Positions 22,265 through 36,300 of a stretch of DNA of 64,000 nt are shown piece after piece (within the stretch, counting starts at the first letter, position 1; every line of letters starts with the position of its first letter). The notes under the pieces are model-generated. The model was not told where the DNA came from. It saw nothing but the letters and a program-made list of their open reading frames with translations, and searched no databases. Both the position numbers and the translations under genes were made by a program. The stretch is from Mytilus edulis (Eukaryota), in the NCBI RefSeq assembly GCF_963676685.1, contig NC_092345.1, forward strand, positions 105,276,001-105,340,000, written 5' to 3'.

Positions 22265-25200
22265 TCAGTATTTCATACAATCAGCACTTGAGTACTGAGT
22301 ACATTGGGAGTTACTGGTCGATTCTGCATAACCTGTGATGTTACTTAATCCAGAACCTACAATAGAAAGAATTATTAAATGCTAAAACCTGGTAACATCA
22401 GAACCACAAATTGCATTTCAATATTTTCGTATTATTCTAAAACAAATGTTTATATGAGTAGTTATATTCTAAGTATTGCTTCTTAACAAAATACTTCTTT
22501 GAGGGATTCAGTCTGTGTGATAAAATTTATATATTGATTGTAACGTTTTCCTTTTTGTTCAATGAAGAAGTTACTGCCCAGTTATTTAACAACACAAACG
22601 GTAGTGAAATCACCTCTAAATCGAGTAGTCACCAACTACTAGTATCAGATTTCATATCTTTTTGACAGTGTTTTCCATTAGGCTAATTTTGATAAGACTA
22701 GTGTGTTTTATTAGCAGGCAGTATCATATATAAATATACAACTCATCTAAACTTGTGGCAATGTAGAGCTTGGCTTTTGGAATGAAACGTTTACAGTGAA
22801 CTCTGCTGATAACTAGTGTGTCAATTGGTCTCTGGTTGAAAGTTGTCTCTTTAACAATAATGCCACATCGTCTTATGTTAATAGCTTCCTTGTTTCTATG
22901 CATTGTCGCATCGCTGTATGAAAATTTTGAACTAATCTTGAAAACTATAAAGTGTTTTAATTCATTTACATAGATATATGAAGATGTGGTTTGAGAGCCA
23001 ATGAGACAACTCTCAATCCAAGTCACAATTTATAAAAGTAAACCATTACATGTCTGATACAAGCTATTAATTGACCATTTATGAGAAAATTGTACAATCT
23101 ATGAATCTTTAATTATTTACCTGTGATTAAGTTGTGTAGATTACAATAGTTTGTTCCATAGTCCAGTACTGCATACCAAGTTTCTGACGTAGAGTAACCC
23201 TGAAGTGGATAGAAAACATGTTAGGATAAGCAAGAACTATTTAACCAGTAATAGTGACAAAAAGTTAGATAGAAGCTCCTCTATAATAAATTACTAGTTA
23301 TCTGTTGGTATTGGTTCAAAATATTTATCGGTTTAGTGTTATTGCAAATCGTACATTTTGTTTTGAATATTTGTCATAGTACTGATTACATATTAAAGTA
23401 AACATTATATAGTACCTCAGTTTTACAATTTATCCCTGCATCACTATTTAAAGGTAAAAGATAAAAGTAAACATTACCTCAGTTTTACAATTCTTTTTTG
23501 AAACCTGTCGTATTACTGATTACAAGTTAAAGTATTAAAACATCCCATAGTACCTCAGTTTTACAATTCATCCTTGCATCACTAAAGGTAAAACATAAAA
23601 GTAAACATTACATAGTACCTCAGTTTTACAATTCATCCCTGCATCACTAAAGGTAAAACATAAAAGTAAACATTACATAGTACCTCTGTTTTACAATTCA
23701 TCCCTGCGTCACTAAAGGTAAAGGTCAAGTCATCTTTATAATGTTTGCTTGGAGTTTCATGTATGGCTTTTAAGGTATTGGTGGATTCACTAACGAACTG
23801 TAAATAAAACAATAATTTTACACACAATTTACATTTACAAAAATAATAAGTAGTTAAGAATATAATATTGTCTTTAAAACCATTAAAACATCAAAAGAGG
23901 CAAGCTTTAGTAACACTTTGAAATCTGACTGGAGATAAATACATTAAAAAGCCTCACATTACCAGTCTTCAATTGACATAGTTTTATTTATAAAGTGACG
24001 TTAGAACCCATGTAAAATAGTACTAGTAATGAATCGCTCACACTGTTGTACTCCAACTTCAGGACCCGCTAATTATGAAATGGTCTCTCAATAAATAAGT
24101 TTAAATTTGAAGACTACATTATTGCAACAAGTCTGCTAATCTTAAAAGAAAGAAAGGATATTGTAGATACATATAAGTATGTATATTTGGACTGACATCT
24201 AGAAAATGGCAAATTAAAAAATCGTTTGAGAACTTAATATGATTATAACTTTCCCATTGTTAACTTTCAATTTTTAAGTACATGCAGCTTCTGAAAATAA
24301 AGTACATGTGAGCTAGATGATACGATATGTAAGGCTTGCATTGCCTATTATCAAATCATTAGTAGAGGCTATGTCTTTCCATATAAATTTTGACTGCCCT
24401 CTTGGTAGCTACATCCTCATTATTTAATTCTTACTTTGTATAGACATTTTTCGCCTCCGTTCTTACAGTTGTCTGGTCCATTCCATAGTGCTATTTGGTT
24501 TTTCAGTTTTGTTTTTACATTACTACACGTCATGGAGGGAAACATCCTAAAAAAGATTCATAAGCAATGTGAGTGATAAAAACATAATAAAACAAGAATG
24601 TGTCCCAAGTACACGGATGCCCCATCCGTACTATCATTTTCTATGTTCAGTGGACCGTGAAAATGGGGGAAATCTCTAATTTGGCATTAAATTAGAAAGA
24701 TCATATCATAGGGAACATGTGTACTCAGTTTCAAAGTTGGTTGGACTTCAACTTCATCAAAAACTACCTCGACCAAAAACTTTAATCTGAAGCGGGACAG
24801 ACGAACGAACAGACGGCCGCACAGACCAGAAAACATAATGCCTATGAATGGGGCAAAAAAAACTAGAGGCTGTAAAGAGCATGTATCGCTTACATTGATC
24901 AATTGCATCTTCGACGATATGCAAAAAAAAACCCAAACAACAACTCATTAATTTGAATCCCAAATCTCATATTCCGAAGTCAAATCAAGTACTCTGGTAG
25001 AGCAAGCTTTTCAGCTTTTGTACAATTAGTTATGAAACCCGCGACTGACGCAAATACTAAGTTTATCTAAGTTTAATTACAACCAATTGGTCGATGCAAT
25101 CGCTGGTGGAGTTTTAATTCCCCCAGGGTACTATCACTAGCCCGGTAAGTTTTAATTCCCCCAGGGTATCACCAGCCCGGTAAGTTTTAATTCCCCCAGG

Positions 25201-26307
25201 GTATCACCAGCCCGGTAAGTTTTAATTCCCCCAGGGTATCACCAGCCCGGTAATCTGAGTAGTCAACTTCTATGTTGACATGTAAGTAAGTAAGTAAATA
25301 GTTTATTAAAGTTTCACATATTGATTGACATAAATATAAACAACATTATATAAATATATACACATAAAACAATCAATATCCAGCCATAAAAACGACTTAT
25401 GAGACACTAAAAAGCTTAAAATTGTCATTGATACGGTCGATCATAATTATAAGTTAATGAGTTTATTTATGAACCGTTTACAAAACTTTGAATTTTTTAA
25501 ATACTAAAGCTTTTCTACCTTATGAATAGATTAGAATTACCGTAGCTGTATTTGGCAAAACTTTTAGGAAGTTTTGGTCCACAATGTTCTTCAACTTCGT
25601 ATTTAATTTGGCATTTTAAACCTTTTTTTTCGAGCGTCACTGATGAGTCTTCTGTAGATGAAACTCGTGTCTGGCGCAAAAACTAAATTTCAATCCTGTT
25701 TTCTATGATGCGTTTCTTGGGAAATTTCAAATAATGAGTTGAAAAGTATAAGACAATGTCATCTGCAAAAACTAGGAGCATCCCCCAAAATAGTGCGGAA
25801 GACATTCATCAATCACGAATCACACTATACATCGGAGTAGTCGGTAAAGATAGGCCCTACTTACTTTAAAATTGCACAGAAACTTGGTATAGTATACAGA
25901 TGATGTTTTAAACTTTCAATCGTCTTCCGAATATTTATAAATTATTTGATACGAAATATCCCCACAGCAACCTCTTTGAACGAAACGAATTCGAGTTATC
26001 TCTCTTTTTTTCTTCTGAAATGGTTATTTAACTTTTTAAAAGAAATCAAACTGAAAGAGAAACAAGTTACAGGTTGTCACAATTAGTCAGTTAAAAATAG
26101 TAGAGTTATATCTTACCAATTAACTCTGCATGAGGCATGTAATGGGTTTGAAGCAGCAAATCCAACAAAAAGTCCAAGACCGGCTAAAACTACGACTGTT
26201 AATACGACCATTGTTATTTTACAACACAAAGGTATTTTCTTGCAACACGAACAGCAGGATTTAGGCGAATTATCAGTTCCAAGCTTCCGGTATGGTTTAC
26301 TGCTCAT
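22265..26307 (-). CDS. Uncharacterised 8-Cys family protein (DUF1499-like motif), predicted type II membrane form, 195 aa, 5 exons
   Basis: Minus-strand exons 26307-26117, 24546-24435, 23797-23684, 23199-23121, 22356-22265 (191/112/114/79/92 nt), all GT-AG. Protein MSSKPYRKL...CCSCCKKIPLCCKITMVVLTVVVLAGLGLFVGFAASNPLHASCRVNW-MFPSMTC...GGEKCLYK-FVSE...HETPSKHYKDDLTF...C-GYSTSETWYAVLDYGTNYCNLHNLIT-GSGL...CTQYSSADCMKY*. Exon 2-5 sizes are identical to both plus-strand paralogs. Confidence 0.9.
23395..23722 (-). repeat. 65-bp tandem duplications of the exon 3 end and splice donor of the minus-strand gene
   Basis: tacctc(a/t)gttttacaatt at 23413, 23475, 23551, 23616 and 23681; the last is the true donor. 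Confidence 0.9.
24591..24862. mobile_element. Short HINE/DINE-like element; inverted second copy at 28903-29189
   Basis: aacaagaatgtgtcc...(gac[ag])n-type microsatellite...gaccagaaaacataatgcc; reverse-complement copy at 28903-29189. Confidence 0.7.
25080..25715 (+). mobile_element. Longest copy of the hammerhead-bearing repeat (degenerate core at 25634-25677), with an internal 35-bp tandem repeat x4
   Basis: Its 3' part (ttaccgtagctgtatttggcaaaac...gagcgtcactgatgagtc...ctggcgc) is collinear with 40995-41170. Unit gttttaattcccccagggtatcaccagcccggtaa at 25111-25253. Confidence 0.7.
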
Positions 26308-26530
26308 GACAATGAATGTACACTTGATAGTACTCGGAAACAAACAATAGTTATATAAGGTATTTAATGTCACATGATTATGAGCGTGGTTTATTTTTGA
26401 AGTTTATAAATAGAATGAGGGACATTAAGGTTGTTAATTTCTTTTTATTTGCTTTTGAAATAAAAAAGCACAAAATAAATTTTATACAAGGATTGAAATT
26501 TCTTTCTCAGAAATTAGTGATAATTATAGA

Positions 26531-27127
26531 TTATCGCTATTTTGTGCATTTTTCCTTTGATCTTTTTTTGTGATAATTTTCATATCATACTTCTCGCTTG
26601 AGATGGAAAAATTATTGCTAGAAACTAAGGAGGCCACGTGGCGTTGCTAACCAAATTGACATGAAATTGACAACGTCGTCATAGGTAAAATAGCGATAAA
26701 CAGATTATCATTGGTCATCTCAACTCGATTGCTTTTCTCACTTTCGCTGTACCAGCTCAAGCGAGAAAATCAATCTCGTTGAGATGATCAACGATAATTC
26801 GCTGTACCAGATCAAGCGAGAAAATCAATCTCGTTGAGATGATCAACGATAATCTCAACGAGATTGATTTTATCGTTGATCATCTCAACGAGATTGATTT
26901 TCTCGCTTGAGCTGGTACAGCGAAAGTGAGAAAAGCAATCGAGTTGATGATAATCTGTTTATCGCTATTTTACCTATGACGACGTTGTCAATTTCAATGT
27001 CAATTTCGTTAGCAACGCTACGTGCCTCCTTAGTTTCTAGCGATAATTTTCCCATCTCAAGCGAGAAGCATGATATGAATATTATCACAAAAAAAGATCA
27101 AACGAAAAATGCACAAAATAGCGATAA
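26531..27127. repeat. About 600-bp near-perfect palindrome (foldback element)
   Basis: ttatcgctattttgtgcattttt... / ...aaaaatgcacaaaatagcgataa. The arms pair almost throughout, and an internal duplication (gctgtaccag.tcaagcgagaaaatcaatctcgttgagatgatcaacgataat x2) lies near the centre. Confidence 0.9.
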
Positions 27128-27628
27128 CATTTGTTATTAAAATAAACATTTCAATCAAGTTAACAGTTAAACATATTATGCGGATATCGATATCACGGAA
27201 GTATAGTGTTTGGCTGAGCTTAAGCCTAGTGTTTTTTCGAGTGAATCGGTCCACTTTTTTCGAGTGTAGATCTTTTTTTTTCGAGTGATATAATACGCCG
27301 TTAGGACATTTTAGCTTAGTTTAGTTTTATTCATGACTGTTTATCTGGTTAATGAAAACTATATACACAATTGTGAGCGCAAACTACGCATAACTTCCTT
27401 GAATATCACTTAGGAAAACTTTACTATGGAAGAGATGATTTCAGCTTCCCAATTGTTAACTTTCCATTTCTATGTAACAACATTCCAAACAGCGCCAGCA
27501 TACAGAGTATATATACAATATCCTCGGGCCAATCTTATTAAAATATTGATCTCTTATTACGTTATACTACATCAGAGATCAATATTTTGATTAGATTGAT
27601 TACGTTATACTATAAGTTATATGGTTCG

Positions 27629-27749
27629 TTACTGACCCCCTACGGATGCATCTTATAGAGGGTTTGTAAAACCCATAAGGGGTGAGGCCGGAGGCCGAAT
27701 CCCCTATGGATTTTATTTACCCTCTATGCATCCGTAGGGGGTCAGTAGT
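27629..27749. repeat. Hairpin element with gaggccggaggccga apex
   Basis: tactgaccccctacggatgcat ... atgcatccgtagggggtcagta, 22-bp perfect arms. Confidence 0.8.
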
Positions 27750-28902
27750 TACCCGTTTAACGAATTTATCGCACGCTCGACATTTTCTGCTTAGTTTAGT
27801 GGGAAAATAAACAATGAAACACAACTACATTAATATATGACGTCACCATTAGCGCGTCATGAACCCCCTATGAAATTTACTAACCGTAGCTACGGTCTCA
27901 TATGGGATCATTATAAAAAAAAAAACATGCAAAACTATGTTATTGGGTCTTTTTAATTCACAGCTATGAAAATATATCAAAATAACACTTGCATATCGTT
28001 AGATATGAATGTTTTGTGATACACAATATACAGTTTAACTTACAGTATGAAATGTTATAAAAACATCCTTAATATTTTCTTAAACCCTTGGAGATAGCCA
28101 TAATTAACGGTTATGTTTTACTATAAATCCTTTCAGACTTGAAATAGGACTATTATTCATATGATTTGGTTTTTGATTTGTCACTTTTTATTGCATTTTG
28201 ATACAAACTTTTTTTTTAGTGATTTAGGAGGTGTATGTTGGTTTTATAATAACAAATTTCACCAAAAGGAAATGTTACATTTTTTAAGTCAATGGTGAAA
28301 CCAAAGGACAAATTAGTAGGATAAGAGTTATCGCAAGATTTGGGCATTTACAATAGTTTCTCCCTTAGCAATATTACCTGTAAGCATGTTTTGCAAAAAA
28401 CCCAAACAATTACAATAATGTATGTTGAAAATTTAGTGAAAAAATCTTAAAAGTAAGTAAAAGCTATATCATAATTGAAAATAGTGTCCATGGTGTACCC
28501 TTATACAAATCTTTTTTTGAAAACATTTCCTGAACTTTGAATTATGAAATATATTGATTATAGAAACATGCACCAGGAACAGCATATAGAATAGGGGAAT
28601 GGAGCACTTATTTCGTAACTAAATCTTAAAATACACCTTAAATCATTGGTGTTACTGTCAATGGTGAGACCATTTTGATAAAATAACACCGTTGAACAGT
28701 TTAGTAACACCACTGAATATATCATGACAATCAGCATTATTTTGTGTTTCTTTCATGCTTAACAAGCGAAACATCATATTATTTACGAAAAACAATACTT
28801 ATTTAACAATGTTTTAACAATATCATGTATTACATGTACAAAGTTTTCACAAACTGATGTATGCTGGTAACACCAATGACACTATTTAGTAACACTATTG
28901 AC

Positions 28903-29189
28903 ATTTTTATGCCCCACCTACGATAGTAGAGGGGCGTTATGTTTTCTGGTCTGTGCGTCCGTTCGTCCGTTCATCCGTCTGTCCCGCTTCAGGTTAAAGT
29001 TTTTGGTCAAGGTAGTTTTTGATGAAGTTGAAGTCCAATCAACTTCAAACTTAGTACACATGTTCCCTATGATATGATCTTTCTAATTTTAATGCCAAAT
29101 TAGAGTTTTTACCCCAATTTCACGGTCCACTGAACATGGAAAATGATAGTGCGAGTGGGGCATTCGTGTACTGAGGACACATTCTTGTT
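28903..29189. mobile_element. Short HINE/DINE-like element
   Basis: tttttatgcccc-hairpin-ggggcgttatgttttctggtc (gtcc)n ... gacacattcttgtt; reverse complement of 24591-24862. Confidence 0.7.
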
Positions 29190-30874
29190 AGTTATTGATG
29201 TTATGTTATATTATTAATTCGTATATTTTAACAAATTTGATTCGTTTAGAGATAGTCACATGTTAAACTATATTTTCGAAGGTAGAGAGAAAACGGCGGA
29301 TAGCAAAAAGCATATTGCACGGTTATTCGAGATGGCTTGTAAAACTAAGATTTATTGGCAGTATTGACCAAAGCTTTTTATTATTAACACAAATTTAAAT
29401 ATGTACACATATAGATTCAACGATATAAATTGTTCAACTAGATAGATTCATAGATGTATAGATTCATAGATGTATAGATCATTTTTTGGTTACCTCTGGC
29501 AACCTACAGATACTAGATAGATATATATAGATAGATAGATAGATGTATGATCCTGGGATACAGCGATCAACTAACTTAGCTGTTGGATCCTGGGATACAG
29601 CGATCCACAAAATGTACTTTTAATGTCACTAAAATATAGACAACTGTAACTGTAGTTTATCACACGCAGCGAAGTTGCCAAACACATTTTTCACTTTTTA
29701 ACGATCAAATGTTTCTATACAACCAACATCTAACTGACTACTGCAATTTTTGACATCACATGGCAAATCATCAATGGAGGAGAATTTTTCATACTGGAAC
29801 TCTAACTACTCGTATATACATGTACCTGAAAATAAAAAGAACAAAAGAGCAGTACCCAAACAAAACTACATGGTTTAACTATATATGGTGGAGGGAGGGT
29901 GGGTATTTTCAAAATACTTCTCTCTGTATTGTAATTACACGTTTGTTCACTTGCAGCTCAAAGTTGAAAAGAACGCTAACGTCAAATTGACGTCACCACT
30001 ATACAGCTTATCGACTATATATGCATTTATAAAGGAGAGCACTGCAACGGACGATATTAAAACTTTCCACTAGAATAACCGAATTTATGTATATATATTA
30101 CATAAATTCTATTATTTTTAGAATATCTAAAAACCGATATACTTTGTGACGTCATGTAATGAATTTCTGGATATTGTTTAATGTTTTGAAACAAATGTTA
30201 TCTGTGATTGATTATTTGACGAAAAAAAGTCTTCAAATACATAAGATGTCCTCAGTCAATATACTTCTTTCAGGTCAATATATCCTTGTATCGACCTCAT
30301 ACAAGTGCTATATTTGTATAATATAATTTGAGATATTTTAGCCTAAGAATTATTTTTTATCTTTTTCTTTTGCTCGGTGTTCTTGGCTCTGTGTTCAGAA
30401 CTTAACAAAGGTAAAATTTGAAATGTGATGTCAATGGTGATACTATTGTGTCATTGGAGTTACTGAAGGGTCAGTGGTGTTAGTACTTACTATATAAAAA
30501 TGCGACATTTTATTTATTTTCATTCATAAATATAAGTGTTTTTTGAGGTCGTGTACGAAGTATTAGGTATATCTTTATCATTCAATCTTACACAATTCAC
30601 ATATATTCATTTTAAGTGCATATTTTAGTATTTACAACGGCCATGATTAGGACAGCCAACTTTTTTACGACAATGTATTCTGAAATTATTTTTGAATAGA
30701 ATGCACAGCTATATGAATAATGCCAACAAGTCGTAATTTTAACCTAATTAACAAATTGGAACAGTTGTTTGATGTTAAACAATAATATCTAGTAGCTAAA
30801 TCTATGCTTTAAATTGGTAACACCATTGACACGATTCTATCAAAGCATGACCTAAAATTGTTAAAATTGAAGGA

Positions 30875-31860
30875 ACTCTTCATATTTCCCATTGCATATT
30901 TCTGAATATCGTTGCTACCATACTATAGAATAATTCCTTGATAGAGGATTGCTGATCACAAGCTATTAAAGCAATAGTTCCAAATGGTGAAGTTGAAATC
31001 ATTTCTTCGTAAATTTTACAGACAACATCACGAGTTGGTTGATCGTTATATGGAATAAGCGTTTCACAGATGATAAAGGATATGTTACTTATGTCGTAAC
31101 TATAATCCGTTTCCCTATTCACTACGAATGTGACATATTGAATTAGACTATTTACCGGGTTTGTTATAACATGAGCAACACGACGGGTGCCACACTTGAA
31201 GCAGGATCTGCTTATCCTTCCGGAGCACCTGAGATCACCCCAAGTTTTTGGCGGTTTTCGTGTTGTTAAGTCTTTAGTTTTCTATGTTGTGTCATATGTA
31301 CTGATGTTTGTCTGTTTGGTATTTTTTTCGTTCCCTATTGTTAATTTTCCCTTTTTTGGTAATGTTCCTTTGGCACCATCTTACGGTGTTTATATTTCAC
31401 AGCTCGTTCGCTATGTTCCTGTCTGTTTTGACGTTTTCGATATTATTGAATATAATCTATCATGCATTACTGGTAAATTGTTAAGCCAGGGATTTCGTTA
31501 CCACAATTTACTTAAAGCCTTTACTAAATTCTTCCACAGACATAAATATTTGGTTTTGAAGTTTGGTTGTGCCTCTAGAAAGCTTATTTCAAACGGGATA
31601 GCACATCCTCATATTTACGGAGATGTTGTTTTATACCGTGCCCGGGAATTTAGAAACGATCCTGGCAAACTAATTAGCTTGTTCTCTGCTGAATGCTACA
31701 CTTTGTTCATAGTTTTTGAGTGTAGCGTAATACAAGCGGATTCCAATTGAGTAAACTTATTGATCCTTTAATAAAATTATTCTAAAGTGTTACCAATTCA
31801 ACACTGTAATTAGATCCTTGAATAATGTTTTATTGGTATTAATATTGATTTTGTTATCAG
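30875..31860 (+). mobile_element. Two fused Penelope-like fragments
   Basis: 30940-31320 is the reverse complement of about 4610-5000. From about 31325 the sequence encodes FSFPIVNFPFFGNVPLAPSYGVYISQLVRY...KLLSQGFRYHNLLKAFTKFF. Confidence 0.75.
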
Positions 31861-33230
31861 TGAATTAAAAGCAAACTATAACTATTATTGTAATATACAT
31901 ATACACTTTCATGGATCTACAATCTGTTATGTATCTTGGCATTGCACAAGGTCATATGTTTTTCTCTGACTGTTTATGACGTCTTTACACTAAACCGATT
32001 TAATGTTGGATGTGTACTCATTGATATTTTTTTCTTAAATACATAAATTTTTTTATAAGTTGTTATTGGAGTTGAACTAGCCGTATTTGTTGTTGGGAAA
32101 TACTAGTAACTGGAAACGTCCAGTCTGCATGAGTAGTATTTCTATTTGTGAGTTAAGCTTTTTTCAACTGATTTTTATAGTTCGTTCTTATGTTGAACTG
32201 TTACACCACTGTCACAGGTTAGGGGAGGGTTGGAATCCCGCTAACATGTTTAACTCCGCCACATACCGTTTTTATGTGCCTGTCCCAAGTCAGGATCGAG
32301 CCTGTTATTCAGTAATTGTCGTTTGTTGATGTGTTACATATTATCTGTTTTTCGTTCATTTTGTACATAATGTTTCAGAAAAAGGGAGAAGGTTTGGTAC
32401 CATTAAAACGTTTAATCCCGCTGCAAATGTTTGCACCTGTCCTAAGTCAGGAATCTGATGTACAGTAGTTGTCGTTTGTTTATTTAATTTATACGTGTTT
32501 CTCGTTTATTTATATAGATTAGACCGTTGGTTTTCCCGTTTAAATGGTTTTACACTAGTAATTTTGGGGCCCTTTATAGCTTGTTGTTCGATGTGAACCA
32601 ACGCTCCGTGTTGAAGGCTGTACCTTGACCTACAATGGTTTACTTTTATAAATTGTTATTTGGATGAAGAGTTGTCAATTCGGGGCCTTTTATAGCTGAC
32701 TATGCGGAATGGGCTTTGCTCATTGATGAAAGCCGTACGGTGACATATAGTTGTTAATTTCTGTGTCATTTGGTCTGTTATGGAGAGTTGTCTCATTGGC
32801 AAACATACCACATCTTCTTTTTTTATATAATCTTTTTCCACAGTAAATACTTATTGACTTTTTTGTATAACCTTACGTATAGCACTGTAATAATAAAAAA
32901 AAAAAGAACTTATCAAATCTTTAAGGCATCACATATTTTGGAAAACGTGCCTTTCAGCAACTTATTTTTATAATATATCTTACATTGCATTTTCGGGTTA
33001 CTGTCTCATTGATATATTATACCCAAACTGATGAGAATCTTTTGAGTTATATGACACATTTGCAACTCCTCAATTATTGAATGATCATTTCTACAATCGA
33101 ATAAGCTAGACCTATCAATCTTAATGTCAGTCTTGTGTAAGTTCAGACGTACTTGTAATGCCAAATATTCTTCTAAATATTGAACATTCCAAGGTCTCGT
33201 ATCAGTGACGTTGTTTCTTACATCATGTTT

Positions 33231-33258
33231 GGTCACTGTGTGAGATACGTATATATAA
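33231..33258 (+). promoter_or_regulatory. Putative core promoter of paralog A (TATATAA at about 33252, upstream GGTCACTG shared with paralog B at 44071)
   Basis: atcatgt..ggtcactg, an AT-rich TATA-like box and the leader (cagagaa...ctttcttt...cctctaagaagaa) are conserved upstream of both ATGs. Confidence 0.5.
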
Positions 33259-33316
33259 CCTTGACAGAGAAGACAGACTTTCTTTACAAGTTGTGCCTCT
33301 AAGAAGAACAATCAAT

Positions 33317-36300
33317 ATGAATAGTTATATTTCAGTAGCTCTTGTTGCTATCTTTGCTGGATGTTCAATTGCCTATCCAACCCATGCTTCCTGTAAAATA
33401 CAATGGTAAGTATATATTTGACATTTAAACTTATATTAGGACCATATGAACTCGGTAAACTGATATTCTATAAATACTTGAAGACGCACCAGGTAAACGT
33501 CAACGAAGGCATGCATTTGATTTTTCATTATAAGTACGTTTTCAAATAGCTACTTGAAAATTCGAACTCTATTCATTTATATATATATTTCAGAATTTTT
33601 TAATTGATCAGTTTGTATAAATTATTTGCAATATTCAGATGCAGTTCAATGCATTAAAAAAAAAGTCGTTAATACCGCCCACTTTTACTTCTCTTTTAAT
33701 TCTGACAATGGCTGGCTTGTAGTAAGTCAAAAGTTTACATATATTACGCATATAAAATAAAATTCCAAAAGTAATAGGTAACGTGTCTGAAGTTCTTATC
33801 GTTGGATTTCAAATATATTCTCTTATCATCAAATTATTTTACTGCCGCAGACACTATGCTATGACAAAATGGCTAGTTTTATTCTGAGATCTTGTTGAAA
33901 AGATCTTTACAATTTAAGCTCACTTTGCCTTTGAGCAATGCAAACTATTATCATCGCTGGCTCACCCTGCGTCCGACTCCCACCCTTCGTCGTCGAAATA
34001 TCTTCTTTTAAATATTTTCAAAAGACCATAGGACAAATATAAACCAAGCTAGAACTAACCCTTAGTTTGTCTGATATATATAAAGATTAGGTATCTGTTA
34101 TTTGACGTATCATCGTTTTTCGTCATGACATTGTCAGGGTTTTATTCGACTTAAATTAGTTGAATACATGTATCACGCTCAGGTGATGGAGGACAAGACT
34201 GTGGCTAAGATAAAAAAAAAATATATACTTGAACACGTTTATATTCATCTGTGACATAGATCATAATCATAACGGTCAACAAAATCATGATAATATCAGT
34301 ACACGATAAACATAAGCTATATTGAGCTTTTTGTCGTCTAAGTACCATTAAAAAGTATATTTCAAAGTTTCATGAACTGCAAAACATTCAATGGGATAAC
34401 TTTCCTGTTTTCAACCAAACGCAATCTTTGAATATTTCTTATAAGCAGTTTTGAACGTTTGTGAGCTACGGCTTAATAAATGGATAAAGGCATGTATGAA
34501 AATTCAAAAAGCTCAACAACTTCAATACTTTTTCGAAATCTGTGCAGGAATAGTTAAAATCCGTTTGGAAGTACTTTTGTAAATTCAGAACATTACACTA
34601 AATTTTATGTTTGGTGTTAATGCAATTTTTATTTGTAATTTTGCCAGGACATTTGGAATCAGTTGTGATATGGTAAAGGACAAAATCAAGACCCAGATCT
34701 CTACATGGAAAACAGCAGATAACTGTCCAAATGGAGCAGGCGAAAAATGTCTGTATACAGTACGTATTGTCAGGAGTTAAAAGTTGTCTATAATAGACAA
34801 GTAAAAAGTTGCTGCAAGAAGTTCTTTTACTTTATTAATTACAATTTTACCGATTAAGTATGTTTTATACATTTTAACATCAGTATTTTGTTTTAAACTA
34901 AAATATTTTAAATGCTATTTAAAACCTCTTTAGATCTGGTATGTTTTCTATTCGTTGTAAGCTCTACCTATACCGAAGGGTTTTGTTTTTGCAGATGAAC
35001 CAAACACATTTATAGTAGTATGCATTCCTTCATTTAACATAAGATGAGTGATATTGGCTACTGTGTGCACGGCATGTGTTTCTAATATATCCAATCACAA
35101 ATTAAAAAAAACAACATTATGTATCAAGTATTGCAACATAAAAAGGACCAGGACAGCTCATCATTTCTTTTTTAAGCCAATTTTACCCGAGCGAGTGTCA
35201 ATCATTCCTTAGTTGTTAAATATTTTCATGTCCTTATGTTAGGATCAGATATTTTTAAATCGTTGGAATTGTTGGATTCGAAATATGATCTTTCTATATC
35301 ATTTTATACTTAATATATATGCGTAATGTTGCAAGGAACTGAAGTAAATGAAACTGTTTACCAGTTCCTTTGTTCAAACGATCCTTCATACTGCATCGTA
35401 TAAAAAAATGTTTGGTATAGTTTAGCAGGCTGACTGAATGGTAAAAACAGTAAAGAGCCTCTTGATTTAGCGCAGTAATTTGAATATCATGTTTGAAAGA
35501 TACGCTGTAACTTGACTGTGACTAAATAGTACACCAACTTAAGAATTACAGACATATTTGCGGTAAGTACTGTAATATCATAATAAGACTAGCCTCGTTA
35601 TGTTCTTGTATAATGCAGTACCTTCATTATAATACTTTTAAATTGATTGTTTATTTATTTCACTTGATGTTTCAGTTTGTGAGTGAAACAGATACAACTA
35701 TAACAGCAAAACACGCGACACCAGTTAAACACTACATGGACGATTTGACCTTCACCTTTACTCCAAGTAACAGCATGTGCAACGTCAAGGTAATTTTAAG
35801 GGTTATTCGGATATGTACTTCTCTTTATACTTTTGTTATATAAAACAAAATCTTTGGTCACATGAAAATATTTAATTGATAAAATTTTCTTTTTTATGGT
35901 AAATACAATTCCGCAAGCGTCGCTCAATAGTATCGTCTATTGCGCGCGATCCGGTACCTATTGTCGATATATACATCTGGTGCAGTAAAACTTGTAGTGT
36001 AAATATTTTAAGTATTATATGCGTTTGGCGTACTAAATTATAATCCTGGTACCTTTGATAACTTTTTATGGCTTTATATGTTCTAGTTGTTTAATAAAGT
36101 AGGTAAGGTAAATTCGTTTTAATAATGTTTTAAAATGTTTTAATTTGTAGGGTTACTCCACATCAGAAACATGGTATGCTTACCTTGACTACAGCACAAA
36201 CTATTGTAATCTTAACAACCTTATCACAGGTATGTCATTACCTAATCATAGGTAGAACTACTATATTAACTTATATATGTAGGACTCTAAAGTGCGATGG

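Noticed and set aside
26885-27254. Overlapping short ORFs on both strands
   Set aside because: They are by-products of the palindrome, with no splice structure or recognisable motif.
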